A stretch of DNA of 64,000 nt from Octopus bimaculoides (GCF_001194135.2 NC_068981.1:83249839-83313838); one strand, 5' to 3'. Positions 40,059-55,221 are shown, numbered from the stretch's first letter. Numbers and translations: made by a program. Notes: generated by a model not told the origin, from the sequence alone.

Positions 40059-40251
40059 CACACACACACACACACACATACACACACATATATATATATA
40101 TATATGTAAACACGCGCACACAATTTAATCACAATACAAATTGATACACTAATTGCTTCCATACACGGCACGTTACACACTTCACATCACTGCGTTATTT
40201 CTAAACCTATTTAGTAGGTAAATTGTTGATAATTATCACATAAGCACTATC

Positions 40252-40303
<52 letters not shown>

Positions 40304-41474
40304 CTTGACGCTGCCTCTTTAAGAGACACACTTCAGAGACAAGGGGTAAAGGAAGCTAATAATGACAACAAGCATATCAATTGTCATATGCGTTGTGTGT
40401 TAATCTTCTTTCCATTGATAACCGAAGGCAAATCTCTGCCGGTGTGCGTGATACGTGGTTGGGTTCCATTTTTTAAAAAAATTTTTATTATGACTGCGTT
40501 AGTATAAAGCGATTGCGTGGTGAACTGTGGAGTGTTGTGTTGTGTGTGCTGCGGTTTGTGCCGGGCGACAGCAACGTGAAACTGTGGTGTAGTATGCAAA
40601 ACGTGTGCACGTCATCCATATACGTATGTATATGCATATATATATGTTTTTGTGTTTTTTGATTTTGCTTTTCAGCTTTTTCTTTCTTTTCTATGGCGTG
40701 TGTAATCACATAAATGATTACTGGTTACCTACCTATTATGTAATCAACGTTACAATCAACTGGATGGACACATGAGGTCAACTGGTGCTGTGCACATGAA
40801 CAGAGAATACATCAAATGTCAATAGTTTTATAGCGTGTATCTTTTGGCGTCTTTGCTTTCAGAGTCTACTTCATTAACCCTCCAAGTCTCAGGCTTATAT
40901 GAGACGAAATGAAGAAAAATATATGTCGAAAATTTATTCCTGGAGAAAAAAAAAAAAAAAAAAAAATTAACGCAATTAGTTGCCGTCTGCTAACGACATC
41001 GAAAATAAATTGGTACAAGTTAGCATGTTAATTCAAAGGCGATATTAATAAGCGTACCACACACACACACACACNNNNNNNNNNNNNNNNNNNNNNNNNN
41101 NNNNNNNNNNNNNNNNNNNNNNNNNNNNNNNNNNNNNNNNNNNNNNNNNNNNNNNNNNNNNNNNNNNNNNNNNNNNNNNNNNNNNNNNNNNNNNNNNNNN
41201 NNNNNNNNNNNNNNNNNNNNNNNNNNNNNNNNNNNNNNNNNNNNNNNNNNNNNNNNNNNNNNNNNNNNNNNNNNNNNNNNNNNNNNNNNNNNNNNNNNNN
41301 NNNNNNNNNNNNNNNNNNNNNNNNNNNNNNNNNNNNNNNNNNNNNNNNNNNNNNNNNNNNNNNNNNNNNNNNNNNNNNNNNNNNNNNNNNNNNNNNNNNN
41401 NNNNNNNNNNNNNNNNNNNNNNNNNNNNNNNNNNNNNNNNNNNNNNNNNNNNNATATATATATATATATATATA

Positions 41475-41733
41475 CGTATAAGAACGGATGACCACTAAGT
41501 GGACATCCGAAATGCTAAAAATAGATCACCTACTATCTAACCACAAAGAAAAGAATGTTCTCCAGAAAAATTTCACCAAACACCAGAACATAAGCGGGTA
41601 TTTGTCTTGCCCGCTTATGTTCTGGTGTTTGCTGAATTTTTTCTGGAGAAAATTCTTTTCTTTGTGGTTAGACCGTAGGTGATCTTTTTCTAGCATATCG
41701 GATGTCCACTTAGTTGCCATTCCTCCTTATACG
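41475..41733. repeat. 259-bp fold-back (long inverted repeat, MITE-like)
   Basis: Arms of about 125 bp with roughly 13 mismatches and no indels by manual alignment; loop of about 7 nt (tttgtct). Confidence 0.95.
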
Positions 41734-42628
41734 CATGTAATACAATTTTTCTGAATTTTCAGATCTTTTTCTATCCTTTTTCTATATATTATTTAAAATT
41801 TTTCTCAATTTTAATAAAATAAATTTGCTAAGTTATGAACCACTACTTCCCGTATCCCTAAATTCTAATTCCCACACTTAAAGCTTATATTTCTTATCTC
41901 TTTTGTATTTCATCATACTCCCCTTATTTGATAATCTAAATAAATATTGGCCACCCCTATCCTTCATTACAACCTCTTCCCCATCAGTTATTCTTTTACT
42001 AACATCTCTGTGACATATTCTTTCTATATAGATAAAGCTATATATATATATGGTTCCAGTACAATGAGGATCTGGTTAATTGATTTATCACCAACAACTA
42101 GATGGAATACAGTTGACAACTCCCAATGGATTTAATTCTAAATGGTTGAAGACTACATGCGGCATAAAATGTAAATATAAATAACTGCAACACCACTCCT
42201 ATACCTTGACCCCTCTTTATTTTCCTCTGATGCTCCCTAAATTATAATAGGCTTAGTAAGATATGTATTATTTTCTCAAATCATTCTGCCACAGATATGA
42301 TATGAGAAAACAATGTAATCTATATTAGTTTCTGTTACTGATTTAAATTTGTTAAAAATCATTTATCTTTTCCGTTTGAAATTTATAGGGTCATCTCCAT
42401 CTGAAGAGAGCGGTGTCTTTCAAATTGATATAATGTTTTCATTGATCATTTAAATGGAGCTGCTTGACACGGCCGTAATGTATTGACACTTGTACATCCT
42501 TGTAAGTTATTTGCATTCTGTTCACCTAAATTGGAGCTGTGCGGCCTGTACCGAACTGGCGAAGTGCCTCAATTTAAGTATCTAATTCAACTGCATCGTT
42601 ATACACACACACACACACACACTTACTT

Positions 42629-42661
<33 letters not shown>

Positions 42662-43419
42662 TATNNNNNNNNNNNNNNNNNNNNNNNNNNNNNNNNNNNN
42701 NNNNNNNNNNNNNNNNNNNNNNNNNNNNNNNNNNNNNNNNNNNNNNNNNNNNNNNNNNNNNNNNNNNNNNNNNNNNNNNNNNNNNNNNNNNNNNNNNNNN
42801 NNNNNNNNNNNNNNNNNNNNNNNNNNNNNNNNNNNNNNNNNNNNNNNNNNNNNNNNNNNNNNNNNNNNNNNNNNNNNNNNNNNNNNNNNNNNNNNNNNNN
42901 NNNNNNNNNNNNNNNNNNNNNNNNNNNNNNNNNNNNNNNNNNNNNNNNNNNNNNNNNNNNNNNNNNNNNNNNNNNNNNNNNNNNNNNNNNNNNNNNNNNN
43001 NNNNNNNNNNNNNNNNNNNNNNNNNNNNNNNNNNNNNNNNNNNNNNNNNNNNNNNNNNNNNNNNNNNNNNNNNNNNNNNNNNNNNNNNNNNNNNNNNNNN
43101 NNNNNNNNNNNNNNNNNNNNNNNNNNNNNNNNNNNNNNNNNNNNNNNNNNNNNNNNNNNNNNNNNNNNNNNNNNNNNNNNNNNNNNNNNNNNNNNNNNNN
43201 NNNNNNNNNNNNNNNNNNNNNNNNNNNNNNNNNNNNNNNNNNNNNNNNNNNNNNNNNNNNNNNNNNNNNNNNNNNNNNNNNNNNNNNNNNNNNNNNNNNN
43301 NNNNNNNNNNNNNNNNNNNNNNNNNNNNNNNNNNNNNNNNNNNNNNNNNNNNNNNNNNNNNNNNNNNNNNNNNNNNNNNNNNNNNNNNNNNNNNNNNNNN
43401 NNNNNNNNNNNNNNNNNNN

Positions 43420-43454
<35 letters not shown>

Positions 43455-44219
43455 CTTGTATGTTGTCAAAATTCTAACGTATTAGCCTGTGTCTAGTTAA
43501 GAAATCGTCAGTTCATCCGGGGACAATTTCAGATTCAAAATAGAAACTCATAAGATCATAAGATCAACATATATACATGTCTATACGAAAAAAAAAAAGA
43601 AAGAAAATAAAGAAATAAGAAAATAACTAGAATGGCCCATTGGCCATAATTAAAAAGTGATGTATTATATTATGTATGCAAACAATTTCTTAATTCAAAT
43701 ATTCATTGTTATCTATACAAAAACAGAATTATGAAAAGAAACGTGTTGCATGTATGAGTGCCATTTTCTGTTCAACACTACATGTATGCGTGTATAGTTG
43801 CACATTAAACTAAATAATTTCCTATTTACGATGTAGGATTATCTACCTATACTAATTATCCTATTCAACGATTTTCAGAACGCCTTCCTAACATTGTATG
43901 GTCGTATATATCAGCGCCTCGTATTGCACGCTTCACAAACTTAACGCTACTAAACACAAGCCACAGTTCAGGTGCATCCGAAACCCACTGTCAACTGTGC
44001 AGATGTTGTGCGGTAAAAATAAAAAACAAGTTGCGTGACTACTTATTTATCAACAGGTAATAATCAATGTGTATATGTATAATATACTCGTGTATGTGTA
44101 TATGAAGTCATATAATTAGGTGTATGTGTGTTTGTGTGTATTGTATTTACCTGTTTCCTTTATTGGTTCCAGTCATAAAACCTTGTATACATAGAGGCAT
44201 GACCAAATTTATATGTATA

Positions 44220-44246
44220 TGCATCAGTAGATAGACAGATATATAT

Positions 44247-44305
<59 letters not shown>

Positions 44306-44400
44306 NNNNNNNNNNNNNNNNNNNNNNNNNNNNNNNNNNNNNNNNNNNNNNNNNNNNNNNNNAGAGAGAGAGAGAGAGAGAGAGAGAGATAAAGAGAAAG

Positions 44401-44490
<90 letters not shown>
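44220..44490. repeat. (AG)n and (AAAG)n polypurine microsatellites around a gap
   Basis: Read directly from the sequence. Confidence 0.95.
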
Positions 44491-44491
<1 letters not shown>

Positions 44492-44559
44492 GGGTGTGTA
44501 GGGGTGAGAGAGATGACCTTGGTCGTCTCCCCTTAGATTATTCTAGCCACACTATCGAA

Positions 44560-45510
44560 ACACCCTGGCCAATAACCGAAAGAGCCAACAGTTTTTCGGA
44601 AGAACTACCGTACAATAGAAGTTCCTCTAACATTACTTGAGAGAGCGAAAGTGTATCAACTGTCTGTATCATTTTGTTTATTACTAAATGGTTTTTGATA
44701 GCTTCGAAGTGAATGCAGTATTGAAGTCTCCGAAAATAGGTGTCAAGGTAAAGTATATTAAACTTCTCTGAAAGGCAAACTGCTGATATAGCTCTGCTCT
44801 TAGCACCTATAAGAGTTCCAGCCTGAAAGAGCATCAAGAAGATATTGTCTTTTACAAGCTATTTGCTGCTTATCTAAAATGATCATCAAAAGCATTGACT
44901 GGAAAGGCATCAACATCAACGGCGAGCTATTAAAACATTGTATTTGCAAACGACATCGTACACATCGTAAAAACCTCAAATCAGCTAAAGACCACACTGG
45001 CAGAGTATAGCTCCTAAAGTTTATCAGTAGGCCTTAAAATAAACTGTATGAAAACAAAATGTTTGCGGTTCAAGAATCTGGCATAAGGTTGAATAGTGGT
45101 GAGAAATGAGGAAACTGAGGATGAGAGCGAATACATCTTGGTGTAGACTGCAAATACGTGCCGCGATATGAATACAGAAATCCCGCTCAGAGTAAGAGCA
45201 GAATGGAAAGCATATGCTTCAATTAAAGATAAGTTCAAAGCATATCTAGACAAGACTCCGCAAGACAATGTCTTCAATAGGCATCCTACCTGCATTCTTA
45301 TATACAGGTGAGTCTTGGGCTATGAGGAAAAAGTATGAACAGCGACTGGCTACGAGACAGAGAGCCAGGGAAAGCTCCATACAAGAAATATCCCTGCGGA
45401 AGCCTATAGAATAATCAGAAAACGGAGTGGCGTGAGCAATGTCATCCAGAAATATCGAAAGCATAACTTTCGCTGAGCCAGACATATCGCAAGGTCCACC
45501 GACAACAGGT
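44560..45510 (+). mobile_element. RTE-clade LINE fragment (reverse transcriptase), decayed
   Basis: VFDSFEVNAVL (KAFDSV motif), ININGELLKH..FANDIV (ADD motif), SVGLKINCMKTK, ILPAFLYTGESWA, ARHIARSTDNR. Confidence 0.85.
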
Positions 45511-46139
45511 ATATCTCCTCTAATCGATAGTGTCTGACTTGAAGAGATTTTGCTGCTCTTTCTAGTAGGTCAAGTGTTCAAGGTGAAATTAACGACTATC
45601 ATATTTTAGTTATTATCTCATTCGCTTCCAGATTGATTTTCTAGGTTCTTCTAGTTTGATTGTTCCAGTTTTTGTTTAAGATTCGGTTTTACAAAATAGA
45701 AAATTCATAAATTTTGTTTTCATTCGATAAAATCTACACGGAGAACTATAGGATAAATTTCTGACAGAAATTGAAATTGAAAATTTCAGTTAACATTAAC
45801 ATAAACGTGGTTGTCTAATAAATTAACTGATGTAATTCTAATTTCAGTCATATTTTTCTTGAAAAAACATATGAGATTTATATGTGATCAGATAGTAAGT
45901 TTATGTTTGAAAACTGACATTTCCAATTGATGTTTTTTGAGGTTTTTGGTGTTTTTCTTTTCTGTCACCGATTGCAATTAATGAAAATATTTTTCTTTTC
46001 CTTCGATTTGAAATGTTAACTCATAAAGAATGAAACACTCGGAAAAAGCAGAACTGTGCATACATAGGTTTTCATTATGTAATTAAGTGCCTTGTATGTA
46101 AGATTATATACATATACAATTAAATACGCATATACACAT

Positions 46140-46214
<75 letters not shown>

Positions 46215-46949
46215 CATACATACATAATACATACATACACACACACATACATAATACATACATACATACATCTATATATCCAAGCATATACATATATATA
46301 TTCAAACACACACACACACACACACATAAAGTCTATCCACAAAGATGGAACATTTTTTTAATACATACATCTATGATTAAGTTTCAACCAGTTTGATCTT
46401 AAAAGAATCTTTCAACTTTAAAGATCAAGTTATTACCTCATCTCAGACATTTAGACATTCAAAGTCTCTCTCTCTACCTCCCTCTTTCATTCTGCTTTTT
46501 GTGACTATAAAGCTGATATTTTATGGAATATAGGCAACATAGAATCATTAAAGCGCTGAATAAAAAGCTTTAAAATATTTAGAGTTCGAAAAACTGGACA
46601 CTGATGGTAAATACTAACATTATTATTCCGTTTAACTTCTTTTTCTAACAGCATTTACTTTCATGACACATCATTTCTTTTTAAGTCTTCAAATTTGTAT
46701 TAAATCTTGCTTTGTACTAGTATAAGGAATTGGCAATACCTATTACATAGTTTTATACTTGTCAAAAATGTCTGGAATTTTGTATTTAAATTCGAGAGAA
46801 TCTCTCTCTCTCTCTCCCTCTCCTTATACACACATATATATAGACACATATATACAAGCATCATTTACATTCAAACATATATGGGTATGTGTGTGTGTGT
46901 GTGCGTGTGTGTAAAAGCTGCTTGTATATATGTTTGTATATATATATGT

Positions 46950-47160
46950 GAAGACGGTGAGCAGGAAAAATCGTTGTCACGCCCCCAAAATGCTTTGCGG
47001 CATTCCGTCCGACTGTACGTTCGAATTTCACTGTGGTCGACTTTACGTTTCATCTCTTTCGGAAGTCGATAAAATAAGAACTAATTGAGAACTGAGATCG
47101 ATTTAATCGGCTTAACCCCACTCCTCGAAATTGCTAGCCTTGTGCCAAAAGTTGAAACCT
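46950..47160 (+). mobile_element. SINE family A, diverged
   Basis: gacggtgagcaggaaaaatcgttgtcacg...gttcgaatttc...gtcgactttacgtttcatc...ccttgtgccaaaa. Confidence 0.75.
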
Positions 47161-47378
47161 ATTCACATATATCTTTGTGTGCATAATGTACAGTGAAGTA
47201 ACCAGTAAGCAAAGTCTGATCTAAATCTATGGACAAAATGTAGAGTAGACACATTTTTACTCTGTAAATGCTAAGAATTAGAAGATGTATCGCGCCCGGA
47301 TCCTCCGGCAACCATATAATATGTATGCGGAAAGTTGTATCTTTATCATACGCGTGTGTGTTTGTACACACGCACACA

Positions 47379-47460
<82 letters not shown>

Positions 47461-48663
47461 TCATAACTATGAAATATAAAACATTGAAAGTATGTTGTGT
47501 ATCCTGGTATATCTAGCGTCCTTAAAAACAAGGTAAAATTGCATGAAACGATGATATGATCAAAATTAAATTATTTAGATATAGATTGCATGCATATTTA
47601 TTGTTGATCTATAACTATATATGTATCTTATTCTCATCAGTTTCTTCAGATGAAATGCTGCCAGAACGAATTTGACGAAGTGTTGTTATTAAATTAAAAG
47701 TTCAATAAGGAAGTTATAGACGTCAGATTTTTCATAAAAAGAGCACAAGCTTCGCTCAGATAATCTTCAAGTGTGTAAAAAACATTCCTGAAAACCACAA
47801 CAAAATGAATATGAACTAGTAGCATTTACCACGTTTGATTTGAGAGGTTTCTTCTATGCTTTAAGCGTTCGCTACGCGTCTCGTACTACTAAAGTTAAAT
47901 GCACTGAGTGAACTTTAAGCAATGATATACGTTTAGTAAGTGTTCAGGATTTCGTTACTGAAAGAAAGGAATTAAATTGTCAGTAATAGATTCCATGCGT
48001 TTCATTACAAAAATTGAAGGCTTTCTTGTAAATTTGTTTTACATTTTTAAAATATAGAGGATAATGTCGAAGGTGCAAATCTATGAATGAAATACATGCA
48101 TGATTTATAAATTAACGGTAATAACACTCGAATATTGATTTTTGTTTTGGGTTTTGGGTTTTATTAAAATTGTTTTTTTACTTTCGATGAGACCCCTGAG
48201 TCATTTAGTCTCTAAGAAGTCTATAGAATGTCTGTCTATTTATCTGGATCTGAATAAATGCAGTGATCACTCAGTGATGTGTATGGCACTCAGATAAATG
48301 TTGGCTGTTTTAAGAGTTGAATAATTTTAGTTATATTATATACCCACACGCTTATACTCACTTCCACGCATACATAATTATGTGTGCTATTGGCTTCGAT
48401 GTGGCTGTTGTTTAGATATTCGGAGGCCTTGATCGAGCATATTCATAATCAAAATATTCTGTCTTTATATTTCTGTCAAGAACAGTGTACTCCGGTACGT
48501 ATTATTCAATGAATTAAGTGTATAAGAGATTTTGCAACCGTTTCTAGCAGGGAAAGCCACCATGTAAAGACACTTTTGTTGACTAATATGAGTGCGGGAA
48601 TGTGTTAGTATGTATGTGTGTATGTGAGGTGTATATGTGCCTATGTATTGATATATACAGTGG

Positions 48664-49039
48664 CACTCGGTCGCTTACGACGTCGAGGGTTCCAGTTGAT
48701 CCGATCAACGGAACAGCCTGCTCATGAAATTAACGTGCAAGTGGCTGAGCACTCCACAGACACGTGTACCCTTAACGTAGTTCTCGGGGATATTCAGCGT
48801 GACACAGTGTGACAAGGCTGAACCTTTGAATTACAGGCACAACAGAAACAGGGAGTAAGAGTGAGAGAAAGTTGTGGTGAAAGGGTGCAGCAGAGTTCGC
48901 CACCATCCCCTGCCGGAGCCTCGTGGAGCTTTAGGTGTTTTCGCTCAATAAACACTCACAATGCCAGGTCTGGGAATCGAAACCACGATCCTATGACCGC
49001 GAGTCCGCTGCCCTAACCACTGGGCCATTGCGTCTCCAC
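48664..49039 (-). mobile_element. SINE family B, near full length, with 11-bp TSD
   Basis: TSD ATATACAGTGG at 48653-48663 and 49040-49050; near-identical to 38228-38619 but lacks the CAA tail. Confidence 0.95.
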
Positions 49040-50220
49040 ATATACAGTGGAAGAAAGATACATAAGTGAGATAAGGAGGAGGAAAAATGAGAATGAGAAG
49101 CAGCTAAATTAAAAAAAGGATTAAAACGCATGAATGAGTGAATGAAATAATGAGTAAGAGATTCATTTAATCGTTGTAAAAGTGAGTAAAATTTGTGACT
49201 GAAGAAAAATTGATAATTCGGGTTTTAAAAGATACACAATGTGTATATATTAGCCAATAACGTTTGAGACACGCTGTGCAGGGTCCTTTTTATGTATACA
49301 TCAGTAGTCAATTCCAAGTATCAACATATTGCTCATTTTATGTGCTGCATATTGGTATGATTTATAGTTGTGAACAATTTCACGCTAACCATCCACTTCC
49401 TAATTCTGATTATTTATATTTTCATTTTATTTATTTTCTTTTACAAAAGGCAAAGAACAGTAAGTAGAATTATCAACTCGTTCTTCACCACATTGCATCT
49501 TTAAGTACTTAGTGTTCTGTGTAAGAGAAATACTTGAATAAATCCGCAAGCTAATCATTTCAATTTAATGCCATTCGATGTCCCTTGTAAGATTTGTGCT
49601 TCTTCTTGTAATTCGAATGGATAAAAGTTCTGATTTACGACAGAAACCGAACCATACCGATATGATTGGAAAATACTAAAATCACAAAATTTTACTGTTT
49701 TATAAGCAATGCGTCGACAAGGAAAACAATAATTTGTGTCTTGTGTTGGATACTTTCTTATCGCCTGCTCACGAGCTGTGCTTTGTCATGGCAAATGCAT
49801 CGTATAAATTTCCAGTATAAATTATGAATCAACTCTGATAATAACATATCGAAAGAAAGGGACCTAATGTCTTTAAGGTAACTTATATTCGTCCTTCATC
49901 TTTCATTCTTAGTTTAATGCATTAAAAAAAAAATAATAATATCCTCGAGCTTACATGCAGAATCGACAAAAGGAAAGGAAAATGAAGGGAGAAATAAGAT
50001 CAAACAGAGAGAAAGCGCAAAAATGATCGCTGCACGAAGGATAGGAAATTTAAGCGGTGTCTAGTAACTACAGCATTGATTTACTATCTGAAAACGCGAG
50101 ATAATCTAATAATGTAATAAATTCAAGAAGCTTAACAATACACATATCTACTAACTCACTGCTATTTCTTTTATTGATAGAATATACTAAATTCTAGCAT
50201 GTAAACACAGGTAGGTATGC

Positions 50221-50296
<76 letters not shown>

Positions 50297-50749
50297 GTGT
50301 TTACATGCTACATTTTAGTTATATATATATGTATATATACACACACACATATAAATATATATATATATACATACATGCACATATACATATATATACATAT
50401 ACATAAATACATACGTATGTGTGTGTATGTGTGTAAGTGTATGTCTGTTTACGCACTAGATTTTGGTATCTTCTATCAATAAACATGCACAAACACATAC
50501 ACACATATACATACAAATGGACACAAACATGCATGTGTACATACAAACAGATATACATATATATTTCATATATGTATATACATACATGCGTGCATGCATA
50601 GAAGTATACATGCGGACACTGGCATATGTGTGTCTGAACACGGTCAAACGAGCAGAAGTAAACACACCCAAGTACATGCAACAATAAGAGAGCGAGACAG
50701 AAAGGAAATATAGAGACACAAAGAGAGATATAGTGAGAGAGAGAAAGTG

Positions 50750-50782
<33 letters not shown>

Positions 50783-51084
50783 CATACACATGAGAACACA
50801 TACACACATTCGTAATTCTACTATTTACACACTCACTGGTGTTAATGTCTATAAAATATATCAGAAGCAAATACATATAAGCGCATGGCATGGTCATGAA
50901 ATAAACGAACAAGAAGACGTTTTCAGTGAATAACTCAGCAACGTAGCTGCCATGACATTTTACGATACTTGCATACAATTTTGCTTAATGACAACGAACA
51001 AACGCATAGACCAAACGTAATTTATTCCAGATCTGGTCATAAAATTTACGCCTAACACCCACCCAAAGCTAAAAACTAACTATC

Positions 51085-51453
51085 GTGTCATCGAGCTAAC
51101 GAAGGAATATCTATGGAGACATCTACGTAGTTGTTCGACTTTCTAGAAATAACAGCCAAATTTCCTACAAATTACATCGTATTATTATCTTTAACAAAAT
51201 GTCGGTGGACAATGAACGCCTGAAAAAAATTATGTTATGATCAAGGCAGGAACATCATTGATCATGTGTCTACTCGTTCAGTGCTGATCTGGTGTCAAAC
51301 AGCAGCATTTTTAAAATATATTCATTAGCTTTGTCTGCTTTAAATACATTTATTGGTTCTGCTTTTGCCTTTCTTTAATTGTCTATTACTTTGGGATATT
51401 TTGGTGTACCTTTCTTCACTTACAGGAGCTTCACTGGCGTTTTATCATCATCA

Positions 51454-51542
<89 letters not shown>

Positions 51543-51880
51543 TATATCGCAAGAATAGCTCTAGTTCTAGCTGGAAAACAACATGAAGTACATTCAAGCA
51601 AAATCCCTGTGCAACGCTGCGAATAGATTTGGTGTACTTCATTGTTGCACTTTCAAGAAAACACTCGAGCCATTAAGCGAACTCCTTCGACGTCTCTGGA
51701 TTCTCTGGATCTGTAAGACAGAGCAAGCAAGCCTCTTTCCAATCAACCCTACCGAATTATAAAAAGGAGGGACATAATTGACATTCATTCCTACGTACAC
51801 TGTGCTATACTAAAAGCTAGGCTTTTCATCTCGAATGCTTTGATCATCGGTCTGCTCAATTGCTCAAGGAAGATTGACAA
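51085..51880 (+). repeat. Two degenerate related SINE-like segments (about 51085-51300 and 51700-51880) around a (CAT)/(TAT)n run
   Basis: Both share the order ...caaat(t)ac/caacc...ctac...ttgatcat.ggtct.ctc; heavily diverged. Confidence 0.4.
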
Positions 51881-51937
51881 GAACTCAAAATCAACAACTG
51901 CTACTGCTTCTCACTAACACAACCTCCACTACTATCG

Positions 51938-51959
51938 AAACTACTACAACTACTACTAC

Positions 51960-52028
<69 letters not shown>
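51938..52028. repeat. (CTA)n microsatellite
   Basis: Read directly from the sequence. Confidence 0.95.
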
Positions 52029-53231
52029 GCTAATTCATGTGGAATTTTAGCATATCCACATACTAGTGCCCCGTGTGAAATGTTTCTTGAGATTTGATGG
52101 CAAAGAAGGCACATTGGGAACTGACAGTTTTGAGGAGAGTGAATAAATCCAAATGATAAACTATCACTACTGTATTGTCGACAAATTTTCTTGACTTGAA
52201 ACATCAGTTAAGTGAAAATGTGAAAACGAATTTCTACGGATGGTGTCAGTAAAGTAGTATGGTATTCCCGAAAAGAAGTCGATAGAGCAGAGTCAGGTGA
52301 CACGTCTCTACTGGAGCAAATACGGATCTAGTTTGTTTGGCTGCCAGCATTTCAAAAATTAAAGTTTATCGAATTTTTTTAAAATTTGGCACGTTAATAT
52401 ACCTTTCCAAGTTAAATTGCAAGAGTTATTCAACTTTTTCTGGGAAAAATGTTTTCAAAAAGTTACAGAGGTTTAAAGTCTGGTCATTTTCACCCAGTCA
52501 AGAAACATGATTTCAAAGTTGTCATTTTGTGCGTGACTGCATATTTTGTCAACATCCTGAAAATAGTACTTGTGTTTTGATATCAAACTATAAAATTATG
52601 CACGACATATAACTTTTTTTTTATTGTTTGGAGTTTTCAGAAAATTTTTGCAAATTTGTATTCCACACGCGGGACTTCATAGGATTATGCAAAAAAGAAA
52701 AAGAGAAAAAATTGTGGTGGAGCGTGATTTAAGGTCTACGCCTACTTTTGCTGCTATTTTTAACTCATATGACAACCATCTCAATGACTGTGCGACAAAA
52801 ACATTTGATCGATAAACAACTCCTCTTTTTTTAAATACAATGAGACGTCTCATGCGAGTACTTAAATCGATAAACGTGCATCTTTATTCTAGGCATGCCT
52901 AGATATAGGTAAATGCAGACCTGATATCTAAAAATTCTTTTTCGCCCAGAAAATGTTCACAACCTCCATCCAAAATCTCAAATCACCAACCATTTTCTAG
53001 AAATTTGCCCAATTGCCTACTTGTAAATTGAAATCGCCCACCGATGGGCGATATCGCCCACTTTCGGGAGCTATGCTCTATACATATCTTTCTACAGAAA
53101 GCCATCTGTCAGGTGATTACATTTGAATTATATCTCATAACTTATATGTCACAATTTTACAATTAAATAACACCTTCAAACATTTCTGATTCTTATAAAT
53201 ATAAATATGCATACATACATACATACATACA

Positions 53232-53262
<31 letters not shown>

Positions 53263-53424
53263 GTGTGTGAGCGTATATATGAGCATGTGTGTGTCTGTGT
53301 GATTGAGTGTGTATGTGTATGTATGTGTATGTATGTATGTATGTATGTATATATGTATTCTTTCCGTGATATAATAAATTAACGCCGATATTTCCTCCCA
53401 TTAACCCGATCGCCNNNNNNNNNN

Positions 53425-53479
<55 letters not shown>

Positions 53480-53775
53480 ATATGTACGCCACGATAAAAC
53501 AGATGCGCAAAAATTTATATTTAATCTCTTGCTTTTCTCTCCATTTATTTCTCTCAATTTCTTTCAGCCACAGAAAATCTCAGACGAAAAATATATGCAT
53601 ATACATACTTACATACAACCATACATACATACATATGCATACATACATTCATACCTTCATGCCTGTATATATACTTGTGTATACACACACACACACATAT
53701 ATAGATTGATTGATAGCTAGACAAAGCAAGAGAGTGAGAGACCAAAAGACTTATGCAGTTGTACAAGCACACACA

Positions 53776-53812
<37 letters not shown>

Positions 53813-54654
53813 TCTATATAAACATATATAGATTTTTTCAACCGTACACAGTCGCTCCCACCACACACACACACACACACACAACTACAAAATTAATTGA
53901 AAGTAGTTGTTTGTATTTCAGTGTGTATACGCGGTATGTTTACTTTTAAAGTAAATTTGAGTATAGACTATAATTATTTTTTATGATATTTAAGATATAT
54001 AGAAAGAGTTTGAGGCTAATACATATTAACTACTATTCTATTATTTTTCTGAATTAAATTCTTCTATATTTTTATTTGTTTCCCGAAAAATAAAATTTGT
54101 GAATATTAAGAAAGCAAAAGAGGTAACGCGAATAAAAACAAATTTAAATACGAAGAAAATTGATTAATTATTTTTCTACTTTTCCGTTTATTATTTTCAC
54201 AAATTTATCCTTTAGCATTATTAATTAGTTTTTCTTTTTCTTTTTCTTTTTTTTTTTTCATGATTTTTATATTAACCACATACACATGACACCTGATATC
54301 TTTCCTTTCAATACATATTTCATCTCTCTCTTCGAAACACGGATATGTATTTAATATTATACGAGAATTGCATTTCGTACACGTCCTTTTATTTCTATAT
54401 TATCAAATACACACAAAAACACACTCACACACCCACACACATACATAGACACCATACATACAAAAGCTCATATACGTTTATGTTAGCTCGTCCGTCTTTG
54501 TCGACGATGACCAAGACCATTGCATGGGAGAATACGAGGCACTTTGTGTCCAACTGACAAATCAATCTGATGTGTGCTCAGAAGGTTCTGCATATATACT
54601 TAGATACCTAGCTACATATATATATATATATACATATACATGCAACAATTCCAT

Positions 54655-54880
54655 ACCCTATCATGCGTTTGCTGTATCACTTCTTATGTCAACATTTGGC
54701 CTATTTGATTGGACACAAGATGAAATCCGTGCTTTCGAAGTTAAACCCCACAAATTATTAACCCGCCTCAAGAATTTTCATATCAATGTCGATGTTAACT
54801 GCCTTTAAAAGATGTCAAGTGCCTTTAAAAGACCTTTACTTAAAAAGTCAAGGCTGCAGAGACTTACGGTCGAAGATTCC
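54655..54880 (+). mobile_element. R4/Dong-like retrotransposon internal fragment (post-RT region)
   Basis: HAFAVSLLMSTFGLFDWTQDEIRAFEVKPHKLLTRLKNFHINVDVNCL..LYLKSQGCRDL resembles the N..AVP...FG...W...RK......H....RLY..R..GGRGL segment. Confidence 0.65.
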
Positions 54881-55221
54881 TGATGTAAAATCATGTGTTG
54901 AAACAGATATCGGTATATTTCGGGACGGTCATTTACGCTTTCCAAAAAAAAAAAAAAAATACACGCACTATATATTTGTTCTTCAGTTTAGAATTTATTA
55001 TTGTTTTTATCTTATGTCCTTTGTATGGAAATCTTTCGCCACACATCCTGCGATCTCTTCAGCAACTCTCCGTCCCACATGTTTCCTTCTGTTCTGTACA
55101 GTCCATTTCTCTAAAAATAGAATAGACTAAACTCAAAAGGGGGAGACACAGAACAGGAGATTTCCGGACAAAGAAAATAAAATAAGAACAATCATCAATC
55201 TGAAGTCAAGATCGAATATAT

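Noticed and set aside
53026-53058. Overlapping palindromes ATCGCCCA-ccga-TGGGCGAT-ATCGCCCA
   Set aside because: Short; probably the terminus of an unrecognised DNA element, and I found no matching far end.
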